The translations under genes and the position numbers were made by a program. Of a stretch of 64,000 nucleotides of DNA, positions 18,340 to 27,590 are shown piece by piece; within the stretch, counting starts at the first letter, position 1, and each line of letters begins with the position of its first letter. The stretch is from an uncultured Candidatus Saccharibacteria bacterium (GTDB lineage: Bacteria > Patescibacteriota > Saccharimonadia > Saccharimonadales > JAGQNJ01): the NCBI GenBank assembly GCA_964493895.1, contig CAZBPY010000001.1, positions 91,233 through 155,232 of the forward strand. The letters run 5' to 3'. Under the pieces are notes generated by a model. That model had not been told where the DNA came from. It saw nothing but the letters and a program-made list of their open reading frames with translations, and made no database searches.

Positions 18340-19140
18340 TTATGCTTGCTTTGTAGTAGGAGCTGGAGCTTGGTAGTCTGGAGTGCCGACCAAATCTTTG
18401 CTTGGCAAACGAACAAGTTGATCAAATTGATATAGGGTACCCTCCTCAAGATAGCCGGTCGGTACACCATACATAATTCCTTCTGGAGCTACAAAGCCCA
18501 GACCTACCCTAGGGGTAATCCCGGAAAGACCAGGAACCCCACAGCCGAATACGCCAAAGCTTAATTTTAAATGATCAACCGGCTCCTGTGGGTCGTGCCA
18601 CATAAAATCTTTATCATCATCCACTGAAGTAGTTAGTCGTCCACTGCTAGCGTGACCGATAAAAATAATGTGGCCTATACTTTCATCAGCCAGCGCCTGG
18701 GAAATGGCTTCCTTGGTGGCTAGACGGGTTTCTACTTCGGCCGATTGCCCAACCTTTTGTTTTATCTGGTGCTCAACGCCCTTGGCTGCCTGCAAATGCT
18801 CGGCATACTCATTAGTTGAAACCTCGTACTCGTAGTGAAACCTCGGCTCCTCACCCTCTACAACCGGTTCATCTACCTCATATGCACCGATCTCAGAAGC
18901 AAAAATAGCAATCTTGCTGCCTGTGGCATAGCGCCCCTGCTCAACAAGTTGGGCACGATGAGTAGCTTGCCAACTATAAAAGTCTCTCGTTTCTGTAGCC
19001 AGATCCTCAAACTCCGGCTCTTTAGCTGCCGGTTTTTTAGGAGAGAGCATAACTGGCAGCATTTCTAGAAAGTTATCATCTGGCAGATGGGATGGCTCAC
19101 CAGAACCTGGATCAACAGGTACGATTTGCTCTTTTATCAT
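18340..19140 (-). CDS. Hypothetical protein
   Basis: Protein-like composition; no recognised domain. The stop lies 4 nt from the CIRCE element. Confidence 0.5.
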   Translation of the reverse strand: MIKEQIVPVDPGSGEPSHLPDDNFLEMLPVMLSPKKPAAKEPEFEDLATETRDFYSWQATHRAQLVEQGRYATGSKIAIFASEIGAYEVDEPVVEGEEPRFHYEYEVSTNEYAEHLQAAKGVEHQIKQKVGQSAEVETRLATKEAISQALADESIGHIIFIGHASSGRLTTSVDDDKDFMWHDPQEPVDHLKLSFGVFGCGVPGLSGITPRVGLGFVAPEGIMYGVPTGYLEEGTLYQFDQLVRLPSKDLVGTPDYQAPAPTTKQA

Positions 19141-19234
19141 ATATGTATTATAGCACGAAAAACAGATAAAATCAATGGAGTTGGGGTTACCATAAAGTGC
19201 CCTGGGCTGTTTGCTATACTAGGTGGCAATGCTT

Positions 19235-20086
19235 ATGAATAAAAAAGTGCTGATGTCCGGTGCTGATTACTTCGATGATGGCTTTGCTATTAACCCCTAT
19301 ATGGACGCAGCTGTACCGGTAGATGTTGAAGCTGCCAAAAAAGAGCACGAGGATATCCGTCGGGCCCTGGAACAAGCCGGCGTTGAAGTCGTTCAAGTGC
19401 CGCCGCCGCATGGTTGCCAGGATGGGGTTTACACTGCCAACTGGGGTCTGTGCCAAGGCGACACAGTTGTCTTGTCAGTCTTGCCGCCAAAGCGCCGGGA
19501 TGAAGAGCCCTATGCTGCTGATGTCTTATCGCGACTAGGTAAACGTCTGGTGTATTTACCTGATGGACTGAAATTCAGCGGCCAGGGTGATGCCTTGCCC
19601 TGCGGTGACTATTTGTTCATTGGTTCAAACTATCGAACCGATCCGGCTGTCCATGAGTTTATCCGCCGAGAATTGGGCTATAAAGTCATTGGCCTGCAAA
19701 CCATTCCTAGCTTGGATGAAAACGGCCAGCCGGCCACCAATGCAGTCACTGGCTGGCCGGACAGCTTCTTCTATGACATCGACTTGGCGCTGGCGGTCCT
19801 GACGCCATCATTGATTGCCTGGTGCCCGGAAGCTTTCACCCCTGAAAGCCAAGCCAAAATCCGATCAATGGCCTACTTAGATAAGATCGAAGTTTCTTTC
19901 GATGAAGCCACCAAGGGCTTTGCCTGCAATTTGGTCTCAACCGGCCAAACAGTCGTCATGAGCGCTAACGCTCCAGAGCTTCAAAAGGCCATCGAAGCCC
20001 ACGGCCTAAGAACGATTACTCCATCGATAACCGAACTGGCCAAAGGCGGCGGCTACATCCGCTGCACCACTCTGACCTTGGACTAG
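19235..20086 (+). CDS. Amidinotransferase/DDAH/arginine-deiminase-fold (guanidino-group modifying) enzyme
   Basis: C-terminal GGGYIRCTTLTL contains the family catalytic Cys. N-terminal LMSGADYF..INPYM is typical of the family. Start set to ATG 19235, 8 nt after AGGTGG. Confidence 0.65.
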   Translation: MNKKVLMSGADYFDDGFAINPYMDAAVPVDVEAAKKEHEDIRRALEQAGVEVVQVPPPHGCQDGVYTANWGLCQGDTVVLSVLPPKRRDEEPYAADVLSRLGKRLVYLPDGLKFSGQGDALPCGDYLFIGSNYRTDPAVHEFIRRELGYKVIGLQTIPSLDENGQPATNAVTGWPDSFFYDIDLALAVLTPSLIAWCPEAFTPESQAKIRSMAYLDKIEVSFDEATKGFACNLVSTGQTVVMSANAPELQKAIEAHGLRTITPSITELAKGGGYIRCTTLTLD

Positions 20087-20445
20087 CTTTCTTCGCTCTG
20101 GAGTATCAGGAACTTTTCCAGCTCTTCATAACTCTTGGCTTTTATTTGGAGAAGATCTCCCGGGAGCAACTCTTCTTGAGCTACCGTATAGATAGCACTG
20201 TTTTCACCTTCTTCAGAAATGTCATCATTTGATTCAGATCTGTCTATATACAGAGGTAACGATTCAACTTGAAGCAAATAACTTCCCTCCCGGTCGGGAA
20301 ACTTCATTAATAATTCCAAACCCAACAATTTATCGCCATGGTTGTTGACACTTATCGGGTCGAAACTTTCATCAAAAAAATCACCGACTTTTTTAAGAAA
20401 ATCATGAATTTCAGGAGTGGCCATCTCTCTTTCGTCTCTGCCCAC
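20083..20445 (-). CDS. Hypothetical acidic protein
   Basis: ORF only. Overlaps the upstream ORF; the start could be the internal ATG at 20424. Confidence 0.4.
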   Translation of the reverse strand: MGRDEREMATPEIHDFLKKVGDFFDESFDPISVNNHGDKLLGLELLMKFPDREGSYLLQVESLPLYIDRSESNDDISEEGENSAIYTVAQEELLPGDLLQIKAKSYEELEKFLILQSEES

Positions 20446-20947
20446 CTCCGTTTAATATTCCCATCATACGTTGCTGATCCTTGTGACGCGCGATTCCGAC
20501 CTTAATAATAACAGGTGTGCCCCGATTTTCCAGACGTATGAATGCCAGCCTAGCGACATCGTTCCCGCGCTTGGCAACTTTATATACCGGCTGATCAGAT
20601 TCGGTCATAGCTACAGTATCGATGTTGGGATGATTTTGATTGTTCAAGAAGGAAGGCAGAGCCTTGAATAGACCCGCCTCTGCTTGTCTAGATTTTTCAG
20701 GCGGTACTTTACCGGCAATGTTGACCAGGGAATTATTAGCACTCACCGCACTGCCATACTCTACCGTGGTACCGTCCTCAAGAGTGATAAAGGCCGTAGA
20801 AACCTCGTAATCCTCGTGTGCCCAAGGTAATGTGCTTTCGGGAATCCGTATTAATCCAGAGGGAGAGACTGTTTCAATACCTAAGTCTGGTCGCTGGGGT
20901 TCCTGTATTCCGGGAGAGGTTTCGGGGTTTTGTATCATGTGATACAT
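20411..20947 (-). CDS. Hypothetical protein
   Basis: ORF only; no recognised domain. Confidence 0.45.
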   Translation of the reverse strand: MYHMIQNPETSPGIQEPQRPDLGIETVSPSGLIRIPESTLPWAHEDYEVSTAFITLEDGTTVEYGSAVSANNSLVNIAGKVPPEKSRQAEAGLFKALPSFLNNQNHPNIDTVAMTESDQPVYKVAKRGNDVARLAFIRLENRGTPVIIKVGIARHKDQQRMMGILNGGGQRRKRDGHS

Positions 20948-20986
20948 ATTACCATATTATAGCTTTTTATGCAACATGATTTATTG

Positions 20987-22285
20987 CTACTTGAGCTTTT
21001 TGAGTGCTTTCTTAGCTTCGGCAACCTCGTCCCATGGGCGTTCGGTGCCCTTGGTCTCTATAGTTTTCTCATGTCCCTTGCCCAGCAGCAGTACAGTGTC
21101 ACTTTTCTTAGCCTTAGAGAGAGCAAAAGCAATCGCCTCTGGCCGATCATGAACCAAGAATAGATCTTTGCCCCGAACTTTGCCGGCTTTTTCAGCGCCG
21201 CGGGCAATATCGTCAAGGATTTGATTAGGATCTTCCAGGCGGTCGTCTTCTTCGCACAGAACCACAATATCGGCGTATTTTCCGGCCAATTCACCCTGCA
21301 AAGGCCGTTTACCCTTATCACCGCCCCCGAGACTGCCGAACAGCACGATCATCTTACCCTTCACCACTGATTTCATGTCCTTAAATAGCTTTTCAAAACT
21401 GTCCGGAGTATGAGCATAATCGACAATCACCTCAAACGGCTGACCCTCATCAACCCGGGTCATCCGCCCTTCCACCGACTTCAGAGCCGCGATACCGTCC
21501 TCGATCTGCTTTTTATCCAAGCCAATGGCTCGTCCGACTGCCGCTGCGGCCAGCGCATTAAAGACATTGAAGGTCCCCGGCAAATGACAGCTGATCCAAT
21601 ACTCATCATCGTCAATAACGGCCGCGAAACGGCTGCCGGAAGACTTTAGATCGATATGTTTGGCCTGCATGTCTCCCTCTTTGATGCCGTAAGTAATGTG
21701 ATTCTTGATATCGGTCGAAAACAGAGCGGCACTGGGGTCCTCGGCATTAATTATGCCAACCTGCAACCCGCGGCGGTTTTTATTCGCCAGACGGAACATT
21801 TTACGTTTAGCATCACGGTAAGCATCAAAGGTGCCATGATAGGACAAGTGTTCGTGCGTCAGATTGGTCATTACAGCCACACTGAATGGCAGGCCCCAAA
21901 CTCGGTTCTGAGCCAAAGCATGCGAAGTAGTCTCTAAAATCAGCCACTCCACCCCCCGTTGCTTCATGTATTTGAGCCGCTTCATCAGCACCGGCACAGT
22001 CTGCGAAGTCATGTGCACCATTTGCGGTTTGACGGTCTTGCCGACACCATAGCCAACAGTGGTCATCAAGCCGGTTTTCTTGCCAGAGGCTACCATCATG
22101 CTATGGATTAAAAAGCATGTCGAGGTCTTGCCGTTGGTGCCAGTCACCCCGATAACCTTCATATTCCGAGCCGGAAAGCCATAAGCAATGTTGAAAATCA
22201 CCGCCTCTAGAAGGTGGCCGTAGGGCTCAATTTTTTGAAATAGTTTGCTGGGGATTAATTTCTTAACAAAGCCTCGAAAGCTCAT
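20987..22285 (-). CDS. Mur ligase family protein (MurE-like UDP-MurNAc-dipeptide amino-acid ligase)
   Basis: ATP-binding loop VIGVTGTNGKTSTCF. Central and C-terminal Mur ligase domains (DYAHTPDS, GKGHE). The short N-terminus means substrate specificity is not assignable by eye. Confidence 0.85.
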   Translation of the reverse strand: MSFRGFVKKLIPSKLFQKIEPYGHLLEAVIFNIAYGFPARNMKVIGVTGTNGKTSTCFLIHSMMVASGKKTGLMTTVGYGVGKTVKPQMVHMTSQTVPVLMKRLKYMKQRGVEWLILETTSHALAQNRVWGLPFSVAVMTNLTHEHLSYHGTFDAYRDAKRKMFRLANKNRRGLQVGIINAEDPSAALFSTDIKNHITYGIKEGDMQAKHIDLKSSGSRFAAVIDDDEYWISCHLPGTFNVFNALAAAAVGRAIGLDKKQIEDGIAALKSVEGRMTRVDEGQPFEVIVDYAHTPDSFEKLFKDMKSVVKGKMIVLFGSLGGGDKGKRPLQGELAGKYADIVVLCEEDDRLEDPNQILDDIARGAEKAGKVRGKDLFLVHDRPEAIAFALSKAKKSDTVLLLGKGHEKTIETKGTERPWDEVAEAKKALKKLK

Positions 22286-22308
22286 GGGCTTTAGTATACT
22301 AGTTTTTA

Positions 22309-23370
22309 GTGATTGTTCTAGGGATTGAAACCAGTTGTGACGAGACGGCCGCCGGAGTTGTCAAAAATGGGTCCATACTGCTGTCTAACGTAGTGGCCAG
22401 TAGCATGGACTTGCATGCTAAGTATGGCGGCGTGGTGCCGGAAATTGCGGCTCGCAGCCATATTGAGGCGATTAACCCGGTTATCAAGCAGGCTCTTAAA
22501 GATGCCGATTGCACTTGGGACGACATTGATGCCATCGCCGTAACTTATGGAGCCGGTCTGGGCGGCTGCCTGTTGGTCGGAGTTTTAGCGGCTCGAACTT
22601 TAGCGATTTTACATGATAAGCCGCTGTATGGCTGCAATCATGTGGAGGGTCATGTCTATGCCAACTTTTTGACCAAGACTTCCCTGCCGGATTACGACAT
22701 GCCGACTGGGGCACCAAAGTTTCCGATGTTGGCCCTGATTGTCAGCGGCGGGCACAGCCAGCTAGCGCTGTTTCGTGATCACTTTGATTACCAACTGCTG
22801 GGGCGAACTCAGGATGATGCCATCGGCGAAGCTTTTGATAAGGTAGCCAGTGTTCTCGGCTTGCCCTACCCTGGCGGGCCCAGCATTAGTAAAGCTGCTA
22901 TCGAAGGTAATTCTAAAGCCTTCAATTTTCCCAAAGCCAAGCTATCCGAACCGTACAATTTCTCGTTCTCTGGCCTTAAAACAGCCGTTCTAAGGGCTGC
23001 TCAGGCCGCAATCGGTAAAGACTACACCTTCCCTAGTAAGGACATTGCTGAGCACCTCTCCGCGTCTCAAGCATCTGATTTAGCCGCCAGTTTTCAGCGC
23101 GCAGCCATCGAAACAGTGGCCGATAAAACTGTCCGAGCCTTTGAAGAGTTCCAACCGAAATCGGTGGTGATTGCCGGCGGTGTGGCCGCCAGCCCGGAGT
23201 TGCGCCGGCAGCTCTTAGAGCGCTTACCGCTCGATGTCCAATATCCGGATATAAAATTATGTACCGATAACGGCGCCATGATTGCCGCTTTGGGCTGCTT
23301 TAAGCTCAAACATGGCCAGCCGCCTGCTAACCCCTACACTCTCGATGTCGAGCCCAACCTTAGCATGTAG
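22309..23370 (+). CDS. tsaD: tRNA N6-adenosine threonylcarbamoyltransferase TsaD
   Basis: ILGIETSCDETAAGVV, HVEGH metal motif, and the GGVAAS..LR C-terminal motif. Confidence 0.95.
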   Translation: MIVLGIETSCDETAAGVVKNGSILLSNVVASSMDLHAKYGGVVPEIAARSHIEAINPVIKQALKDADCTWDDIDAIAVTYGAGLGGCLLVGVLAARTLAILHDKPLYGCNHVEGHVYANFLTKTSLPDYDMPTGAPKFPMLALIVSGGHSQLALFRDHFDYQLLGRTQDDAIGEAFDKVASVLGLPYPGGPSISKAAIEGNSKAFNFPKAKLSEPYNFSFSGLKTAVLRAAQAAIGKDYTFPSKDIAEHLSASQASDLAASFQRAAIETVADKTVRAFEEFQPKSVVIAGGVAASPELRRQLLERLPLDVQYPDIKLCTDNGAMIAALGCFKLKHGQPPANPYTLDVEPNLSM

Positions 23371-23373
23371 TTA

Positions 23374-23952
23374 CTATTCGCCATTGGCAGGAGCAAAATC
23401 TGGCGGCAGGCTAGCTGGAATTTGCAATCGCCATGACCGGCCATTATCTGGATTTACATCGGCCACTAATTCCTCAAGACCAATATTAGTGATGGCTGTT
23501 GGATTATCAACCTCCCTCAGAGCAATTTTCCACCGGCTCTCTTCCCGGCCATCCGAGCCTCTGGTTGAAGTCTGATATGGGGCTTTGCGGATCAGGTACT
23601 CTTTATCCCCATCGCCATCTTTGGGGCGATGCCGAATGATACGGCCTCCTTCTTGGAGCAAATGACTAATATTGGTCTGGCCATTTTCAGAGCTAACTAG
23701 CACCCGCGGAATCTCCTCCTCATAAGGGTTGGCTACCCGCATATCTACTGCAGCCGGTCTCTTATCGAGCGGATCCAAGACTTCCCGCACTTTATCTAGG
23801 TACTCAGACCACCCCTCGCCGCCGGTATCGTGCTCGGCCTTTACGGCAACTGCAGCTGCCACTGCGGCACCACCGGGGAGTATGTCAATGCTGGCTGTTC
23901 GTTCTGGGGTCTTGCCGATGGTTGATTTTAATAGTTTTGTTTCAGATGTCAT
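23374..23952 (-). CDS. Hypothetical protein
   Basis: ORF only. Confidence 0.45.
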   Translation of the reverse strand: MTSETKLLKSTIGKTPERTASIDILPGGAAVAAAVAVKAEHDTGGEGWSEYLDKVREVLDPLDKRPAAVDMRVANPYEEEIPRVLVSSENGQTNISHLLQEGGRIIRHRPKDGDGDKEYLIRKAPYQTSTRGSDGREESRWKIALREVDNPTAITNIGLEELVADVNPDNGRSWRLQIPASLPPDFAPANGE

Positions 23953-24121
23953 GCAAACATTTTAGCATGTCTGGCCTCGATTGTCAATGTTGTGCATCTG
24001 CTTAAAAAGGCTTATGCTTGTTGGTGAAAACAAAAACGGGTATTGCCGCAATGCCATGCGGATCGCACCTTTCCCAAGCTGCCAAAATATGGCATAAAAT
24101 TGTATAAAGTTAGAGGGTTTT

Positions 24122-24153
24122 GCGAACAAAAACCTTGTGTGGTTTTTGTTCGC
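24122..24153 (+). terminator. Perfect 13-bp stem hairpin (terminator/attenuator-like) in the valS upstream region
   Basis: GCGAACAAAAACC - TTGTGT - GGTTTTTGTTCGC, followed by TGTTTCAT on the plus strand. It lies 150 nt upstream of the valS ATG, inside a 350-bp AT-rich divergent intergenic region. Confidence 0.35.
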
Positions 24154-24302
24154 TGTTTCATATGAAATATTTAATAATTCTTGAGGTCAAAAATCTTAAA
24201 TATTAAATCGTTGTTGTAATATTTATACCAACCAAAAGTCCAAAAATACGAACAAATTATTAACTTTTTATTAAATGGGCTCTAAGGTGTTATGCTGTAG
24301 AC

Positions 24303-26867
24303 ATGAAACTCGGGAAAGTTTATGAGCCCGCCAAGTACGAGGCCGACATATATGCATTGTGGGAAGCGGCTGAGGCATTCCAGCCAAAGGACAGGGGTAG
24401 CAAGAACTATTACAGCATAGTTGTGCCGCCGCCAAACGCCAATGGAGATTTACATATTGGTCATGGATTGAACCATGCTTTAATGGACATTGCGGCTCGT
24501 TATCACCGGATGAAAGGGGAAGCCACATTATTTTTGCCAGGAGCCGATCACGCCGGTTTCGAAACGCAAGTAGTCTATGAAAAAGAGCTAGCTAAACAGG
24601 GAAAAAGCCGGTTTGATTTCAGCCGAGAAGAGCTTTATAAGCAGATCTGGGACTTTGTGGCTCAAAATAAGGACAATTACGAGTCACAGTTTAGAAAGCT
24701 GGGTGATAGCGTTGATTGGAGCCGCTATGTCTATACTCTGGACGACAAGATTATCAAGCAAGCTTATAAAACCTTCCAGCAGATGTGGGACGATGGCTTA
24801 ATTTACAGGGGTGAGCGACTAGTAAATTACTGTACTTTTCACGGCACGGGCTTTGCCGATATTGAGGTGGCTTATAAAAATGAGAAAACTCATCTGTGGC
24901 ATATTCGCTATCCGCTGACTGATGGCAGCGGGGAAGTCGTAGTCGCCACCACCCGACCGGAAACCATGTTCGGCGATGTAGCTGTGGCTGTAAATCCGAA
25001 TGATAAGCGTTATAAAAAGTTGGTTGGCAAGACCATAAAATTACCCCTAACAGAGAGGGAATTACCAGTTTTGGCCGATGACATGGTCGACGTCGAGTTT
25101 GGCACCGGCGCAGTCAAAATTACGCCAGCCCATGATAATAATGACTATGAGGTTGCCCAGCGTCATAGCTTGCCGATGGTGACAGTGATTGATTTCGAGG
25201 GCAAAATGAACCATAAGGTGCCGGATGAATTGGTTGGTCTTGAGGTTAAAGAGGCTCGTAAAAAGACAGCGGAACTACTGCAGGAACAGGGGTACATTGT
25301 CAAAAAGGAAGCCTACGAACACTCGGTCGGCAAATGCTACAAGTGCGGCACGACTATCGAGCCGTTGCTTCGCGAACAGTGGTTTGTGGATGTCCAGCCG
25401 CTGGCCAAACCAGCTATCAAAGCTCTAAAAGACAAGAAAATCAAATTCTATCCTGATAGCAAACGTCTGCAGCTAATTCGGTATTTTGAAGGCCTGCGTG
25501 ACTGGAACATCAGCCGTCAAATTGCTTGGGGTATTCCCATTCCGGCATTTCAAAGCCTAGAAAAGCCTGAAAAGTGGATTTTTGACGTAAGGGTCGACCA
25601 AGAAATTATAGAGGTAGATGGCCTGTCTTATCGCCGTGATCCGGATGTTTTTGATACCTGGTTCTCAAGTTCCAGTTGGCCCTATGCCACACTGGGTCTA
25701 GGTAGTGAGGACTTTGAGAAGTTCTATCCGCTGTCACTAATGGAAACGGCTGACGATATTCTTTATCCATGGGTTTCTAGGATGATTATGTTTGGACTGT
25801 ACACCACAGGCAAAATCCCATTCGAAGAAGTTTATTTGCACGGACTTATTCAGGACGAGCACGGTGCCAAAATGAGTAAATCCAGGGGTAATGTCATTGA
25901 TCCAATGTCCAAGATTGATGAGTATGGTTCGGACGCCTTTAGGATGGGAATTATTGCCGATGAATCTCCGGCTAACAACCGGCCATTTGATAATTCAAAG
26001 TTTGTCGGAGCCCGCAATTTCTGCAATAAATTATGGAATCTGGCTCGATATATTGAAGGCAAGAACATCGCTGCGGTTGATCCGCCAACTGATCCAAAAA
26101 ATCCATACATAGCCGATGAATGGATGTTGAGCAAATTACAACAGGCAATAGGGGCGATTTCTGAGGATTTGGACACCTATCGGTTCGCTGAAGCCTATGA
26201 CAAGCTTTATCACTTGGTCTGGGACGATTTTGCCGATTGGTATATCGAAGCTAGTAAAGTTGATTTCAATCCCTATGTATTGACTGGCGCTCTCCAGGAT
26301 ATTTTAAAGCTGGCTCATCCGTTTGCTCCATTTATAACTGAGACAATTTGGCAAACCCTTGCTAGAGATAAAAGCGTTCTTGCCATTGAAAGCTGGCCAG
26401 AGCCACCGCGCCCTGACAAGAAGTTGGCTAGACAGTTTGAAGACATTAAGTCGTTAGTCACAGAAGTGAGGCGAATCAATAGTAATTTGAAAAAGCCGGC
26501 TCAGTCAGCCATTACGTCAGCCGACAATGCCCTGGCGGCTCATGTTGATTTGATTGACCAGTTGGCCAGAGTAACTACCACTGTCACTGCCGGCGAGCCG
26601 GACGGCATCAAACTATCTTCCGGCGATATGTCGCTTTGGCTGACTTTGGATAAAGCTAGCCTAGATGATCTACGTCAAGCCCTGCAGACCAAAATTGATA
26701 GCCTTAACAGGGAAGTGCAAGCCCTAAAAAAACGCTTGTCCAATAGGTCATATATCGAGAATGCTCCGAAGAAACTGGTGGAAGAAACCAAATCAAATCT
26801 AAGAGATAAACAAACGCACTTAAAGACTTCTGTAGCTGATTTTAAGCGTCTAGGATTTCATCGATAG
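24303..26867 (+). CDS. valS: Valine--tRNA ligase
   Basis: PPPNANGDLHIGH (HIGH), KMSKSRGN (KMSKS), editing domain, C-terminal coiled coil. An extended -10 TGtTATGCT ends 6 nt before the ATG. Confidence 0.97.
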   Translation: MKLGKVYEPAKYEADIYALWEAAEAFQPKDRGSKNYYSIVVPPPNANGDLHIGHGLNHALMDIAARYHRMKGEATLFLPGADHAGFETQVVYEKELAKQGKSRFDFSREELYKQIWDFVAQNKDNYESQFRKLGDSVDWSRYVYTLDDKIIKQAYKTFQQMWDDGLIYRGERLVNYCTFHGTGFADIEVAYKNEKTHLWHIRYPLTDGSGEVVVATTRPETMFGDVAVAVNPNDKRYKKLVGKTIKLPLTERELPVLADDMVDVEFGTGAVKITPAHDNNDYEVAQRHSLPMVTVIDFEGKMNHKVPDELVGLEVKEARKKTAELLQEQGYIVKKEAYEHSVGKCYKCGTTIEPLLREQWFVDVQPLAKPAIKALKDKKIKFYPDSKRLQLIRYFEGLRDWNISRQIAWGIPIPAFQSLEKPEKWIFDVRVDQEIIEVDGLSYRRDPDVFDTWFSSSSWPYATLGLGSEDFEKFYPLSLMETADDILYPWVSRMIMFGLYTTGKIPFEEVYLHGLIQDEHGAKMSKSRGNVIDPMSKIDEYGSDAFRMGIIADESPANNRPFDNSKFVGARNFCNKLWNLARYIEGKNIAAVDPPTDPKNPYIADEWMLSKLQQAIGAISEDLDTYRFAEAYDKLYHLVWDDFADWYIEASKVDFNPYVLTGALQDILKLAHPFAPFITETIWQTLARDKSVLAIESWPEPPRPDKKLARQFEDIKSLVTEVRRINSNLKKPAQSAITSADNALAAHVDLIDQLARVTTTVTAGEPDGIKLSSGDMSLWLTLDKASLDDLRQALQTKIDSLNREVQALKKRLSNRSYIENAPKKLVEETKSNLRDKQTHLKTSVADFKRLGFHR

Positions 26868-27522
26868 ACAGTAGTTGCGGTGGTGGTGTTTCTGATGCAA
26901 CTCTATCTTTAAGAGCCTGGACATGTTCGTTCTCGCGTGTTGCTAGTTGACCTCGCAACTCAGCAAGTGCTCCGGCCGCGGCATGTCGTTTACTATCATG
27001 GCCGCCGAGCTGGTGCACCCTTGTTGGATTAGTTTGCCCATCCCTTGCTAGACTCACGCCATCAAGTTGATCATCATATTGATCCTGCTCAACTTGAAAA
27101 TTTCTATAAGTTTGCACCGGCGCCAGGGTGCTAACGCTCTTGGAGACAACTGCCTTTTGAATATTATGTTTCTTGCTTTCCCGGCGGGCTGAGCTATTGG
27201 GATTAGGGGTTATTTTTGCTTGTGTAACAATAGTTCTACCGGTATCATTTCGTTGCCATGTTAATGTTCCTTTTTCAGTAATGCCAAAGGTATCATCTTT
27301 AGTATTCGGGCTCGTGATACCATGAGCTCTTTCGCTGGTCTCTAGATTATGGGTGCGTGCAATCAGATTTTTAGTGATGCGGTGGATTTGACCCTGTTTT
27401 CTAGCAGCATAAGCGCGGCTTTGTTCCGGAGTGCGTAATTCACTGGCTGCTTCAGGTGTAGGATCTGCTGTAGAGGTGTATTCAGCTGGTGCGGGGTCGA
27501 CTGAACCCAGAATTTCGCTCAT
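26842..27522 (-). CDS. Hypothetical protein
   Basis: ORF only. Its 3-prime end overlaps the valS 3-prime end by 26 nt (convergent). Confidence 0.45.
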   Translation of the reverse strand: MSEILGSVDPAPAEYTSTADPTPEAASELRTPEQSRAYAARKQGQIHRITKNLIARTHNLETSERAHGITSPNTKDDTFGITEKGTLTWQRNDTGRTIVTQAKITPNPNSSARRESKKHNIQKAVVSKSVSTLAPVQTYRNFQVEQDQYDDQLDGVSLARDGQTNPTRVHQLGGHDSKRHAAAGALAELRGQLATRENEHVQALKDRVASETPPPQLLSIDEILDA

Positions 27523-27590
27523 ATGTGTATATTATCATACTATTAACTAAAAGTCAATAAAGTAGTCTTGTTGATGTTGGCTGAAAAGAC

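Noticed and set aside
23953-24302. T-box riboswitch upstream of valS
   Set aside because: I could not find the conserved T-box sequence (GGGTGGTACCGCG-like), the UGGN bulge, or a convincing Stem I with a GUN specifier. Only a generic hairpin is present. This is left as an open observation, not a T-box call.
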